Assembly (NCBI GenBank): GCA_963422375.2
Contig: OY729427.2
Coordinates: 1,440,001 to 1,504,000, forward strand
Direction of reading: 5' to 3'
From: Bryobacterales bacterium
Lineage (GTDB): Bacteria > Acidobacteriota > Terriglobia > Bryobacterales > UBA6623
Length of the DNA stretch: 64,000 bases
Shown: in pieces, positions 38,352 to 48,321 of the stretch
Layout: every line of letters starts with the position of its first letter
Numbering within the stretch: the first letter of the stretch is position 1
Position numbers and translations under genes: made by a program
Notes under the pieces: model-generated
What the model was told of the DNA's origin: nothing
The model's database searches: none
Seen by the model: only the letters and a program-made list of their open reading frames with translations

Positions 38352-39385
38352 CCTGATTACCAACGAACGTCAGCCGAGGATATGCTATTACTGAAGGAGG
38401 TCGGAAATCTCTGACAGGAAAGGGGATAGCAGCTGAAACGCAATCGCGTGCAGTTCCAGAAGGGACTCAGCCCGGGCAAGTTCCTGCAGCGCTACGGCAG
38501 CGAGGGGCCATGCGAGCAGGCCGTCTTCAACGCCCGCTGGCCGGACGGCTTCCGCTGCCCGGAGTGCGGCTCCCGACGGCACTGCCGCATCCGCTCCCGC
38601 AAGCTCCGGCAGTGCCATGCCTGCCACCACCAGAGCTCCCTCGTCGCCGGCACGATCTTCGCCGCCAGCAAGCTGCCGCTGACCGTCCGGTTGCTGGCGA
38701 TCCACCTGCTGACGCAGGGCAAGCACGGCGTTTCGTCGCTGGAACTGGCGCGGCAGCCGGGCGTAAGCCGGAACACGGCCTGGAAGGTGCAGCACAAGCT
38801 CCTGCCAGTGCTGAAGGAGCGCGACGAGCGCGTGCCGCTGCACGGCATCGTGCAAGTGGACGACGCCTACTGGGGCGGGGAGCGGAGCGGCGGCAAGCGC
38901 GGTCGCGGCGCGGCGGGCAAGACGCCGTTCGTCGCCGCCGTGCAGGTCAGCGCCGCCGGCCAGCCGGCAAGGATGCGCATGAGCAGCGTGGCGGGCTTGC
39001 GCAAGAAGACGCTGGCAGCGTCGGCCGGGCGGCACTTGCAGCCCGGCACGGAGGTGCATTCCGACGGCCCGGCCTGCTTCCGGGGCGTGGCCGGCGCCGG
39101 CTGCGAGCACGTGCCGACCGTCACCGGAGGCGGGCAGCGGAGCTGCGGGGATTCCCGCTTCGTCCGGGTCAGCACGATGCTGGCGAACGTCAAGCAGTCC
39201 CTGGCGGGAACCTGCCATGCGCTCGACGGCAAGCACCTGCCGCGGTACCTCGCCGCATTCCGCTACCGCTTCAACCGCCGCTACGATCTCGAGGCGCTGG
39301 TCCCCCGCCTGCTCCACGCCTCCGTGCGCACCCCGCCCATGCCTTACCCCCTCCTAACCTTGGCTGAGTCCTGTGGGTAATCAGG
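38352..39385 (+). mobile_element. IS1595-family insertion sequence (1034 bp)
   Basis: Imperfect 28-bp TIRs CCTGATTACCAACGAACGTCAGCCGAGG / CCTGATTACCCACAGGACTCAGCCAAGG (21/28); 8-bp TSD TTGCGTTT (38344-38351) / TTGAGTTT (39386-39393). Confidence 0.92.
38448..39380 (+). CDS. IS1595-family DDE transposase (possibly decaying)
   Basis: RWPDGFRCPECG...QCHAC Zn ribbon, VQVDDAYWGG, VHSDG, LANVK, RYLAAFRYRFNRR; in-frame CTG at 38433 sits where the ATG would be expected. Confidence 0.9.
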   Translation: MQFQKGLSPGKFLQRYGSEGPCEQAVFNARWPDGFRCPECGSRRHCRIRSRKLRQCHACHHQSSLVAGTIFAASKLPLTVRLLAIHLLTQGKHGVSSLELARQPGVSRNTAWKVQHKLLPVLKERDERVPLHGIVQVDDAYWGGERSGGKRGRGAAGKTPFVAAVQVSAAGQPARMRMSSVAGLRKKTLAASAGRHLQPGTEVHSDGPACFRGVAGAGCEHVPTVTGGGQRSCGDSRFVRVSTMLANVKQSLAGTCHALDGKHLPRYLAAFRYRFNRRYDLEALVPRLLHASVRTPPMPYPLLTLAESCG

Positions 39386-39947
39386 TTGAGTTTTGGCGCT
39401 CGTGGTCCTTGATGCCTGCAAGAGACCCGAGATCTGCGAGGTCCCTGTGCCGAATCCGAGTGTCGTCGATCGATTCGCTATCGGCACCTGCCGCACGTTA
39501 CCCAGCTTGGAGATCGAGATGCCTGTCATGGTCGGCATCTCCGCGAGCTCGACGGCGGCTGTGGTAAGCCTTGTAGTTGTCGTGGCGAAGGGCCTGTTTG
39601 CTCCCCCGCCGGTGCGAGGCATCGGACTGGTCGCCAGAGGCGGCCTTGGAGTCGACTCTGAGGCTAGCCTTGGCGCTTGCGTCACAGCATAGGATGGACG
39701 GGATCTTAGTCCGGCCGGCAGTCGACCGCAGGACATCTTGAGCGGCGCGAACTAACTGGGGATGGTTCGGAGATCCGCCCGACGACCTCAAAATCCGGCC
39801 TCGACCGCTCTCGCCGCGCTCAGGCGACCGCAGGAAGATCCGGGCTGCGGGTCTCGGACGCAACCCCAACCGGAACCCGGCGCAATCCCGCAGGCACGGT
39901 CCGAGCGGCGGCATTGGCCTTCCGCAACAGTGTCCGTGGTCGGCCGT

Positions 39948-41219
39948 TCAGCGACGCTCGCCTCCATCCTCGGATCGAGGATTCTTCGGCAGCAGCCCGA
40001 TCGCCAGAGCACCCAAGGCCGCCAGTCCGAATACCGCCCACAGCGCCTGGCCGTAGCCGGCCAACCGTCCGGCTAGGCCTGCGATCAGCCGCGGCGTCCA
40101 GAACTGGGTGATCGTATCGCTTGGCAGGATCGCGGACATCGCCTTGCCCAGCGAGGGCAGCCCGAATTGGTCCGCGGCCATCAGCGGGATCAGCATGTAG
40201 TCCGCGCCCATCGCGAAGCCGAAGATCACTGCGAAAAGGTAGACCATTTCGGGCTGGTCGGGCGTCACGAGGAACAGCAGCGGGATCGCCATGGCGACGA
40301 TGACGTAAGTCGCCAGCATCACGTACTTGCGCGGCAAACGGTCCGCCAGCCAACCGGCGATCAGCCTCCCGAGGATGCTGGACAGCAGGTACGTGAACGA
40401 GGCGTCCGACCAGATCTGGTCGCGGGCCGCCTGGTCGGTGAAGCCCTGCTCCTCGTACACGAACTTCATCAGGAAGTTCACCGCGGCGATCGAGCCGATG
40501 GAGGCGGCGCTCCCGAGCAAGAGCAGCCAGAAGGCGCTGCGGCTGGCGAGGTCGCCGAATGTCTTGGTCCTTCCCGCGGGAACCGCCGACTCGACCGTCT
40601 GCGCCGCTTGGTCGGCCGTGTCGCCGTCCGGCAGCTGCCCCATGTCCTCCGGCTTGTCGCGGATCACGAAGAACGCCAGCGGCCACGCGATCGCCATGAG
40701 GAAGCCCATCCAGCGCAGCGCTTCCGTGTAGTCCATCAGCGAGACGAGGTAGGGCGCTAGCTTGTTGCAGAGAGCGCCGATCACGGCGACGCCCACGTAT
40801 GTGATCCCCATCGCTACGCCGCGCCTGCGCTTGTACCAGTTCGAAATGATGATCTGGTGCGGGATCGGGCCCGACAGGAAGTAGCCCGCCATGTAGAGGC
40901 ACCACGCAAGGTAGTACTCGATCTCGCTGCCACCGAGGCGTCCGAACCACTGGAAGGAGAGGAACGTCAGGAACGTCCCGACTAGGATCAGCTTTCGCGG
41001 CGAGACCTTCGGAACGATCACCGGGCCGATCCAGATAGTCAGCAGCACAGCGATCGGCGCCCCCGTAGTCACCAGAACCTGTGTCCAAGAGTGGCCGTCG
41101 CGGAAGTAGTCAAAGAAGAACGAGATGTTGTAGTAGGGGAACCCCGTCGACAGTCCGAACGTAATGAAGCAGGCGGCGATGATCCACGGCCCGAAAAACG
41201 GTTTCTTCGACGAATTCAT
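39948..41219 (-). CDS. Major facilitator superfamily transporter
   Basis: About 12 TM segments, ISNWYKRRRGVAMGI, GWLADRLPRK motif A. Confidence 0.9.
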   Translation of the reverse strand: MNSSKKPFFGPWIIAACFITFGLSTGFPYYNISFFFDYFRDGHSWTQVLVTTGAPIAVLLTIWIGPVIVPKVSPRKLILVGTFLTFLSFQWFGRLGGSEIEYYLAWCLYMAGYFLSGPIPHQIIISNWYKRRRGVAMGITYVGVAVIGALCNKLAPYLVSLMDYTEALRWMGFLMAIAWPLAFFVIRDKPEDMGQLPDGDTADQAAQTVESAVPAGRTKTFGDLASRSAFWLLLLGSAASIGSIAAVNFLMKFVYEEQGFTDQAARDQIWSDASFTYLLSSILGRLIAGWLADRLPRKYVMLATYVIVAMAIPLLFLVTPDQPEMVYLFAVIFGFAMGADYMLIPLMAADQFGLPSLGKAMSAILPSDTITQFWTPRLIAGLAGRLAGYGQALWAVFGLAALGALAIGLLPKNPRSEDGGERR

Positions 41220-41380
41220 GCTCGTAGTCGCTGCAGCGCGTACCGCTAGTCTACCCGAAGCGCCCTCCCCGGTGCCAGAACGGCAACCAGCGACCGGGGC
41301 GCTATCCTGAAGCTAGGGGCGCGGCCGCTTGGCGGCCCCGGGGCCCGGGGGCGAGCCGCTGCCAGCGCTCTCGAACAGGG

Positions 41381-42412
41381 ATGAAGAAGGCGAGCTTCAG
41401 TTCCACGATCGTCGTCTTGGCCGCCTGCGTGGTCGTCATCGCGGGCCTGCGGGCTGCGAGCGACATCGTGACCCCGGCCCTGATCGCTGTATTCCTCGCG
41501 ACGCTGGCCGGCCCGCTGGTTTTCTGGCTGCACGGCCATCGCGTTCCCAGAGTGCTCGCCATCTTCGTTGTGATTGTCGCCGTGGTCGGGATGCTCACCC
41601 TTGTGGGAAGCGTGGCAGTGACGTCGCTAAAGGACTTCAATCAGAATCTGCCTGCCTACCAGAGCGAGCTGACCGCCGATCTGGAGGCTGCGACGCTCAG
41701 ACTGCAGGAGATCGGACAGCGTTTCGGACTCGAACTTGCCGTCGGAGACCTCTGGGCGAACTTCGACCTGCGGTCGGCCGCGGGAATCGCCGGCACGACG
41801 CTCGTCCAGTTCGGCAACATCGTCGCCAAGGCGTTCCTGATCGTGCTGACCGTCCTGTTCATGCTGCTCGAGGCATTTCGGCTGCCGAGAAAGCTGGACC
41901 GGGCGCTAGGCAGCGACAACATGACTCGCCCGGGCTTCGAGGCGTTCGCAGGTTCGGTCCAGCGGTACCTCGCGGTCAAGACCGGGGCCAGCCTCGCCAC
42001 CGGCCTAGCCGCGGGCCTGTGGGTCTGGATCCTAGGCGTGGACTATCCGGTGTTCTGGGGCCTCGTGTCGTTCCTGTTCAACTACGTTCCGAACATCGGC
42101 TCCTTCGTCGCCGCCGTCCCCGCGGTCCTCATGGCCGTCGTGCAATACGGCGGAGCGGCCGGCCTGCTCGTCGCCGTCGGCTACCTCGCTATCAACGTCA
42201 TCGTGGGCGGCGTGATCGAGCCCAAGTACATGGGGGACAGCGTGGGGCTCTCCCCGCTGGTGGTGCTCATGTCGCTGATCTTCTGGGGATGGGTCTTCGG
42301 TGCCGTCGGAATGCTGCTATCCACCCCGCTGACGATCAGCGTGAAGATCGCCCTCGAGAACTCTCCCGAGACACGCTGGATCGCGACGATGATTGGGTCC
42401 GGGAACACCTGA
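41381..42412 (+). CDS. AI-2E family transporter
   Basis: QRYLAVKT, FLFNYVPNIGS, IEPKYMG..VGLSP, FWGWVFG..GMLLS.PLT. Confidence 0.92.
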   Translation: MKKASFSSTIVVLAACVVVIAGLRAASDIVTPALIAVFLATLAGPLVFWLHGHRVPRVLAIFVVIVAVVGMLTLVGSVAVTSLKDFNQNLPAYQSELTADLEAATLRLQEIGQRFGLELAVGDLWANFDLRSAAGIAGTTLVQFGNIVAKAFLIVLTVLFMLLEAFRLPRKLDRALGSDNMTRPGFEAFAGSVQRYLAVKTGASLATGLAAGLWVWILGVDYPVFWGLVSFLFNYVPNIGSFVAAVPAVLMAVVQYGGAAGLLVAVGYLAINVIVGGVIEPKYMGDSVGLSPLVVLMSLIFWGWVFGAVGMLLSTPLTISVKIALENSPETRWIATMIGSGNT

Positions 42413-42415
42413 ATC

Positions 42416-42438
42416 GCCGCGGCCGGGCCGGCCGCGGC
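42416..42438 (+). terminator. GC-rich hairpin after the AI-2E gene (no U-tract)
   Basis: GCCGCGGCCGG-G-CCGGCCGCGGC, perfect 11-bp inverted repeat. Confidence 0.35.
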
Positions 42439-42492
42439 CACGAGCCCGGGGCCGCGACCCTCGCCTACAATGATTGCCGGGGGGCCTCGAGG

Positions 42493-44478
42493 ATGATCAG
42501 ACTTGCTATAGCGGTGCCGGCACTGTGCTTGGCGGCATCCTCCTGGGCCGCGGAGTACAGCGACTCCGAGCGATCGTTCTGGTCGTTCCAGAGAGTGTCA
42601 GCCTCCCCGCCACCGGCGACGGAATCCGACTGGGTGAGGACCCCCGTGGACGCGTTCGTCCTGCGCAAGCTGGCGAGCGAGGGACTGCAGCCGGCACCGG
42701 AGGCCAGCCCGGCAGCGCTTGCCCGGCGGGCCTACTTCGACGTGACGGGTCTGCCGCCCAGCCCTTCAGAGCTCGCCCTCTTCCTAGAGGACAAGCAACC
42801 CGGCTCTTGGGAGCGTCTCGTGGACCGGCTGCTGGCAAGCCCCCGCCAAGGCGAGAGAGCCGCGCAGCACTGGCTCGACGTCGTCCGGTACGCCGAAACC
42901 GAGGGCTTCGAATACGACCGCTACCTGCCCGGCCTTTGGCGCTACCGCGACTACGTGATCGACGCCCTCAACCGCGACCTGCCCTTCGATCGGTTCGTGC
43001 GGGAGCAGCTCGCCGGGGACGAGCTGGCCGAGGGCGGGCTGGATCTGGAATCGAACAGGGGGCTGCTGGCGGCCGCCGGCCTGCACCGGCTGGGGCCGGT
43101 CCGGCGCAACGCGGGCAATCAGGAGGTCGCCTCCAGCCGCAACGAGGTCCTCACGGAGCGGACGGACATGGTCGGAACGGCATTCCTCGCCCTGACAGTT
43201 GGCTGCGCTCGCTGCCACGACCACATGTTCGACCCGATCCGCCAGGTCGATTACTACCGTCTCCAGTCGTACTTCGGCGCGTCCAAGGAGGAAGACACGG
43301 TCTTCGAGGGCGCGGGCACCGTCGCCGAGTGGCAGGAGCGGACCAAGGAGATCGCAGGGAAGATGAAGTCCCTGCGGGCCAAGATCAAGCTCGCAGAGGG
43401 CCTCGAGCGAGAGCGCCTGCGGGCCGAGCACGACGAGTTGGAGGCCCAGCTGCCCGAACCGCCGCCCACCCTCGCAACGGTTCGCAACGACTGGGAGAGC
43501 CGCACGCAGGTGCGGCTGCTCGACCGGGGCGACCACACCAAGCCGTTGCAGCCGGTCGACCCGCGGCCGCCGGGCGTCCTGCTGCCCGAGGATGCCCCGA
43601 CCCTCCCGCCGGACGCACGCGGGCCGCGCACGCACCTTGCCGACTGGATCGCCGACCCGGGCCACCCCCTGACTGCGCGCGTTATTGTCAACCGGCTCTG
43701 GCAAGGCTACTTCGGACGAGGCATCGTGGACACGCCCAACGACTTCGGCGCCATGGGCGGGCGCCCGAGCCACCCGGAACTGCTCGACTTCCTCGCGGGG
43801 GAACTCGTCGACAGCAGCTGGAGCCTCAAGCGCCTGCGACGCATGATCCTGACCAGCAGCACCTACCGCCAGGCGTCGCGCAACCCGGTTGCGGGCGACA
43901 CCGCCGGCAAGAAGGACGCCGCCAACGCGCTGCTATGGAGAGGGCCCCGCCGCCGCCTGAGCGCCGAGGAGGTGCGGGACGCGATGCTCGCGGTGTCGGG
44001 CGAGCTGAACCTGGCTTACGGCGGCAAGAGCGTGATGCTGCCGGTCGACGAGGCCTTGGTGGACCTGCTGTACGACCCGACCCAGTGGCGCGTGCCAGCG
44101 GACACCGCCCAGCATCGCCGCAGATCGATCTACCTGATCGCCAAGCGCAACCTGCGCCTGCCATTCATGGAGGTCTTCGACCAGCCGGCACTGCTCACCA
44201 GCTGCGCGCGTCGCGAGGCGAGCACCCACGCGCCCCAGTCGCTTGCGCTCCTCAACGGGAGGACGTCGAACGAGCTCGCGGAGTTCTTCGCCGCTCGGCT
44301 CGAGGCCGAGGGGAACGGCGACCCGGAGACCGTCGTGCGACGGGCCTACCTCCTAGCGGCCGGCCGCCCCCCGTCCGAAGGCGAGACGCGGGCGTCCGCC
44401 GAGTTCCTTGCGAGCGGCTCCACGCGAGAATTCGCCCTGGCCATGTTCAACCTGAATTCCTTCCTGTACCTCAACTGA
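42493..44478 (+). CDS. DUF1549/DUF1553 (PSD1-type) secreted protein
   Basis: FWSFQ, PVDAFV, RRAYFDVTGLPP, WLDVVRYAE, GCARCHDH, HPLTARVIVNRLW, PSHPELLD, RRLSAEEVRD, FLYLN. Confidence 0.9.
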   Translation: MIRLAIAVPALCLAASSWAAEYSDSERSFWSFQRVSASPPPATESDWVRTPVDAFVLRKLASEGLQPAPEASPAALARRAYFDVTGLPPSPSELALFLEDKQPGSWERLVDRLLASPRQGERAAQHWLDVVRYAETEGFEYDRYLPGLWRYRDYVIDALNRDLPFDRFVREQLAGDELAEGGLDLESNRGLLAAAGLHRLGPVRRNAGNQEVASSRNEVLTERTDMVGTAFLALTVGCARCHDHMFDPIRQVDYYRLQSYFGASKEEDTVFEGAGTVAEWQERTKEIAGKMKSLRAKIKLAEGLERERLRAEHDELEAQLPEPPPTLATVRNDWESRTQVRLLDRGDHTKPLQPVDPRPPGVLLPEDAPTLPPDARGPRTHLADWIADPGHPLTARVIVNRLWQGYFGRGIVDTPNDFGAMGGRPSHPELLDFLAGELVDSSWSLKRLRRMILTSSTYRQASRNPVAGDTAGKKDAANALLWRGPRRRLSAEEVRDAMLAVSGELNLAYGGKSVMLPVDEALVDLLYDPTQWRVPADTAQHRRRSIYLIAKRNLRLPFMEVFDQPALLTSCARREASTHAPQSLALLNGRTSNELAEFFAARLEAEGNGDPETVVRRAYLLAAGRPPSEGETRASAEFLASGSTREFALAMFNLNSFLYLN

Positions 44479-44526
44479 GCGGACGGGCTCCCTCCGGACT
44501 CCCAGGACAGAACAGCGGTTCGCTTC

Positions 44527-46037
<1,511 letters not shown>

Positions 46038-46041
<4 letters not shown>

Positions 46042-46526
46042 AGCGGGTCGATCTGCTCGTCGACGGCGCACGCCGGACCATGCAGGTCGGCGCCGCTTCC
46101 TGCGTCTGGGACGGGCGGGAGTCCCGTCTCGACGTCGCCGACCTAGGAGACGGGTTGTACTCGGTGATCCTCGACGGTCGGCAGCATGCGGTGCATGTCG
46201 CCCCGCGCGGCCGCGACGCTTGCGAGGCGACCGTGGACGGCACGGCCGTCTCGATCGAGATTCGCGACGCGAGGCGCCTAGCCCCGCGCCCCCCCTCGAC
46301 GTCGGCCTCGGGCGCTCAGGAGGTCCGGTCCCCCATGCCGGGCAAGGTTGTCGCCGTCCATGTCGCGGCCGGAGACCGGGCCGAGCGAGGCGGCGCGCTG
46401 CTCGTTGTGGAGGCGATGAAGATGCAGAACGAGCTCCGCTCGACCCGCGACGGAACGGTGGCGTCGGTCAACGTCGCCGCCGGGGACTCGGTCTCTGCCG
46501 GGGACCTGCTCGCAGTCGTCGAATAG
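46038..46526 (+). CDS. Biotin carboxyl carrier protein
   Basis: SPMPGKVV, VEAMKMQNE biotinylation motif; GTGA overlap with accC. Confidence 0.92.
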
Positions 46527-46552
46527 GATGGAAAGGCGGGAGCGGCTGGTCG

Positions 46553-47344
46553 ATGGCAAGAAATCAACCGTGCAGGCATTGCGGGGACAACGGTTGGGTG
46601 ACGCAGGTCGGGCCCCGGGGACCCGTCGCCCGACGCTGCAAGTGCCGGGAAGCGAGGTCGTCGGATTCGAAATACGGGGATCTCGGTCTTCCTCCGCGCC
46701 TCTTGGACAAGTCGTTCAACAATTTCAGGGCCGGTCGCTTCGCAACCGAAAAGAAGCGCCACCAAACGCTCACCACCGCGATGGGACGCGCCAAGAGGTT
46801 CGCCGACGAGTTCCCGGGCGGCCCGAACAATGGCTTGCTCTTCCACGGCGGGACGCCGATCGAGCAGACGCACCTCGCCGTGGCGACCTTGAAGTGCTTC
46901 GCCGATCGGGGTTTCGAGTGCGTGTACTGGGACTATTCCCAGCTGATGATCGCGTTACGGGGCCGCAGCGATTCCGACGACTCCGCCGCCGCCGCCGGAC
47001 GGGAAGCAGCCCGCCGGGTCGCCCGCGCCGACGTGCTGCTCGTTGATTCGCTAGGGGAGCACCGCCGGACCGAGTGGGTGCGCGACACGATTGGCGGCAT
47101 CGTTAAGCACAGGTACTTCGGCGAAAAGTGCCTGCTGGTCACCACTGGCCTGCCCCTCGAGACGCCCTCCCTCCGGGAGCCCGAAGGCTTCGCCTCGATG
47201 CGCGCCTACAGGCCCTTGGAGGCGTTGCCGGACCGCATCGGCCAGGATACCGTGGACAGGCTCCTGGATCACTGCGAGCTAGTCTGCATCGCCGTGCCGG
47301 AGCCTCGGCGGGTCGGCCCCGAGGCCTCCGACCGTCTACGCTAG
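46553..47344 (+). CDS. DnaC/IstB-like AAA+ protein with N-terminal Zn finger and degenerate ATPase motifs
   Basis: CRHCGDNGW...RCKC; LPPR...SFNNF; GLLFHGGTPIEQTHLAVA (Walker A position); LLVDSLG (Walker B position); TEWVRDT; VTTG; DRIG...DRL. Confidence 0.82.
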   Translation: MARNQPCRHCGDNGWVTQVGPRGPVARRCKCREARSSDSKYGDLGLPPRLLDKSFNNFRAGRFATEKKRHQTLTTAMGRAKRFADEFPGGPNNGLLFHGGTPIEQTHLAVATLKCFADRGFECVYWDYSQLMIALRGRSDSDDSAAAAGREAARRVARADVLLVDSLGEHRRTEWVRDTIGGIVKHRYFGEKCLLVTTGLPLETPSLREPEGFASMRAYRPLEALPDRIGQDTVDRLLDHCELVCIAVPEPRRVGPEASDRLR

Positions 47345-48286
47345 CGCCCGGCTCGGCAAGGTGCCGTGCGGGCCCTGCGATTCAAGTCCGCCGTGCCGAC
47401 TGCCCACCAGGTCGGCCGCGTCCCTCGCCCGCACGCCGAGCGGGGCGGCCAGAAGGCCCGCCAGGCGCGCCGCCTCGCCGAGAACGGCCTCCGGGCAAGC
47501 CCCGGCGCGCCTCTGCTCGCGAATCGCGGGCGACCGCCGCCGCTTGCCCAGCTTCGCTCCGGTCTGGTCGAGGGCTAGCGGGTGATGGAAGTACCGCGAG
47601 GGGCCGCGATGCCCGAGCAGCCGCGCAAGCCGCCTCTGCCGCCCGGTCGAAGAGAGCAGGTCGCTCCCCCGCACGACGAAGTCGACGCCGTGCCGCGCGT
47701 CGTCGACGGTGACCGCGAATTGGTAGGTCCACTGGCCGAGCCAGTCCCGCAGCAGGAGGTCGCCGCACTGTCGCTCCGGCCGCTGGCATTGGGAACCCAA
47801 GAAGCCGTCGTCAAAGGATTCGGGGGGAGCGCCGTCCTCCCAGGCCAAGCGCAGCCCGTGCGGCGACGAGGAAAGACAGTTCCTGCCCCGGCATAGCCCC
47901 GGATAGGGCCGCTCGCCGTCCGCGGCAGCCGGAACGACGCGCTCGAGCGCCCTGCGGGAGCAGGTGCAGCGGTAGACCAGCCCGCGCGCGGCGAGCCGGT
48001 CCAAGGCAGTTGCGTAGGCGCGGTCGCAGTCGCTCTGGCGGAACTCGCTCGGGTCCGCCCGCACTGCGTTCGCCGGCTCGAAACCGAGCCAGTCAAGGTC
48101 CTCGAGCAGGGCCGCTTCGTAATCCGGGCGACACCGCTGCCGGTCATGGTCCTCCACGCGCAGAAGCACTCTACCGCCGAGCAGCCCCGCCACGCCCCAC
48201 ACGTACAGCATGTGGGCGGCATGGCCCGCGTGAAGGTAGCCCGTGGGGCTGGGCGCGAAGCGAGTGACCGACGCTCCCGGCTGCAT
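47336..48286 (-). CDS. gluQ: Glutamyl-Q tRNA(Asp) synthetase-like (GluRS catalytic domain only)
   Basis: TRFAPSPTGYLHAGH, LRVEDHD, RQS, YRCTCSR, YPGLCR, YQFAVTVDD, VRGSDL, HHPL, KLGKR; no anticodon domain. Confidence 0.85.
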   Translation of the reverse strand: MQPGASVTRFAPSPTGYLHAGHAAHMLYVWGVAGLLGGRVLLRVEDHDRQRCRPDYEAALLEDLDWLGFEPANAVRADPSEFRQSDCDRAYATALDRLAARGLVYRCTCSRRALERVVPAAADGERPYPGLCRGRNCLSSSPHGLRLAWEDGAPPESFDDGFLGSQCQRPERQCGDLLLRDWLGQWTYQFAVTVDDARHGVDFVVRGSDLLSSTGRQRRLARLLGHRGPSRYFHHPLALDQTGAKLGKRRRSPAIREQRRAGACPEAVLGEAARLAGLLAAPLGVRARDAADLVGSRHGGLESQGPHGTLPSRALA

Positions 48287-48321
48287 TGCATGGGAGAGCC
48301 GCGGACTGGCGGGCCTCGCGC

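Larger units (their letters stand above)
37770..39692 (+). pseudogene. Putative membrane toxin (PanT-like) interrupted by IS1595, two stops and a frameshift
   Basis: ATGA-coupled to the antitoxin; removing the IS and one TSD copy gives LRTEYASRAYDFTED*VYCVLALVVLDAC...MVGISASSTAAVVSLVVVVAKGLF (two TM segments). Confidence 0.55.

Noticed and set aside
41329..44478. Apparent 1049-aa ORF
   Set aside because: The N-terminal part is an off-frame reading of the AI-2E gene; the real protein starts at ATG 42493 with a signal peptide.
46553..47344. IS21 element or prophage replication module around the IstB/DnaC-like gene
   Set aside because: There is no IstA transposase, terminal repeat or phage gene; the flanks are housekeeping genes.
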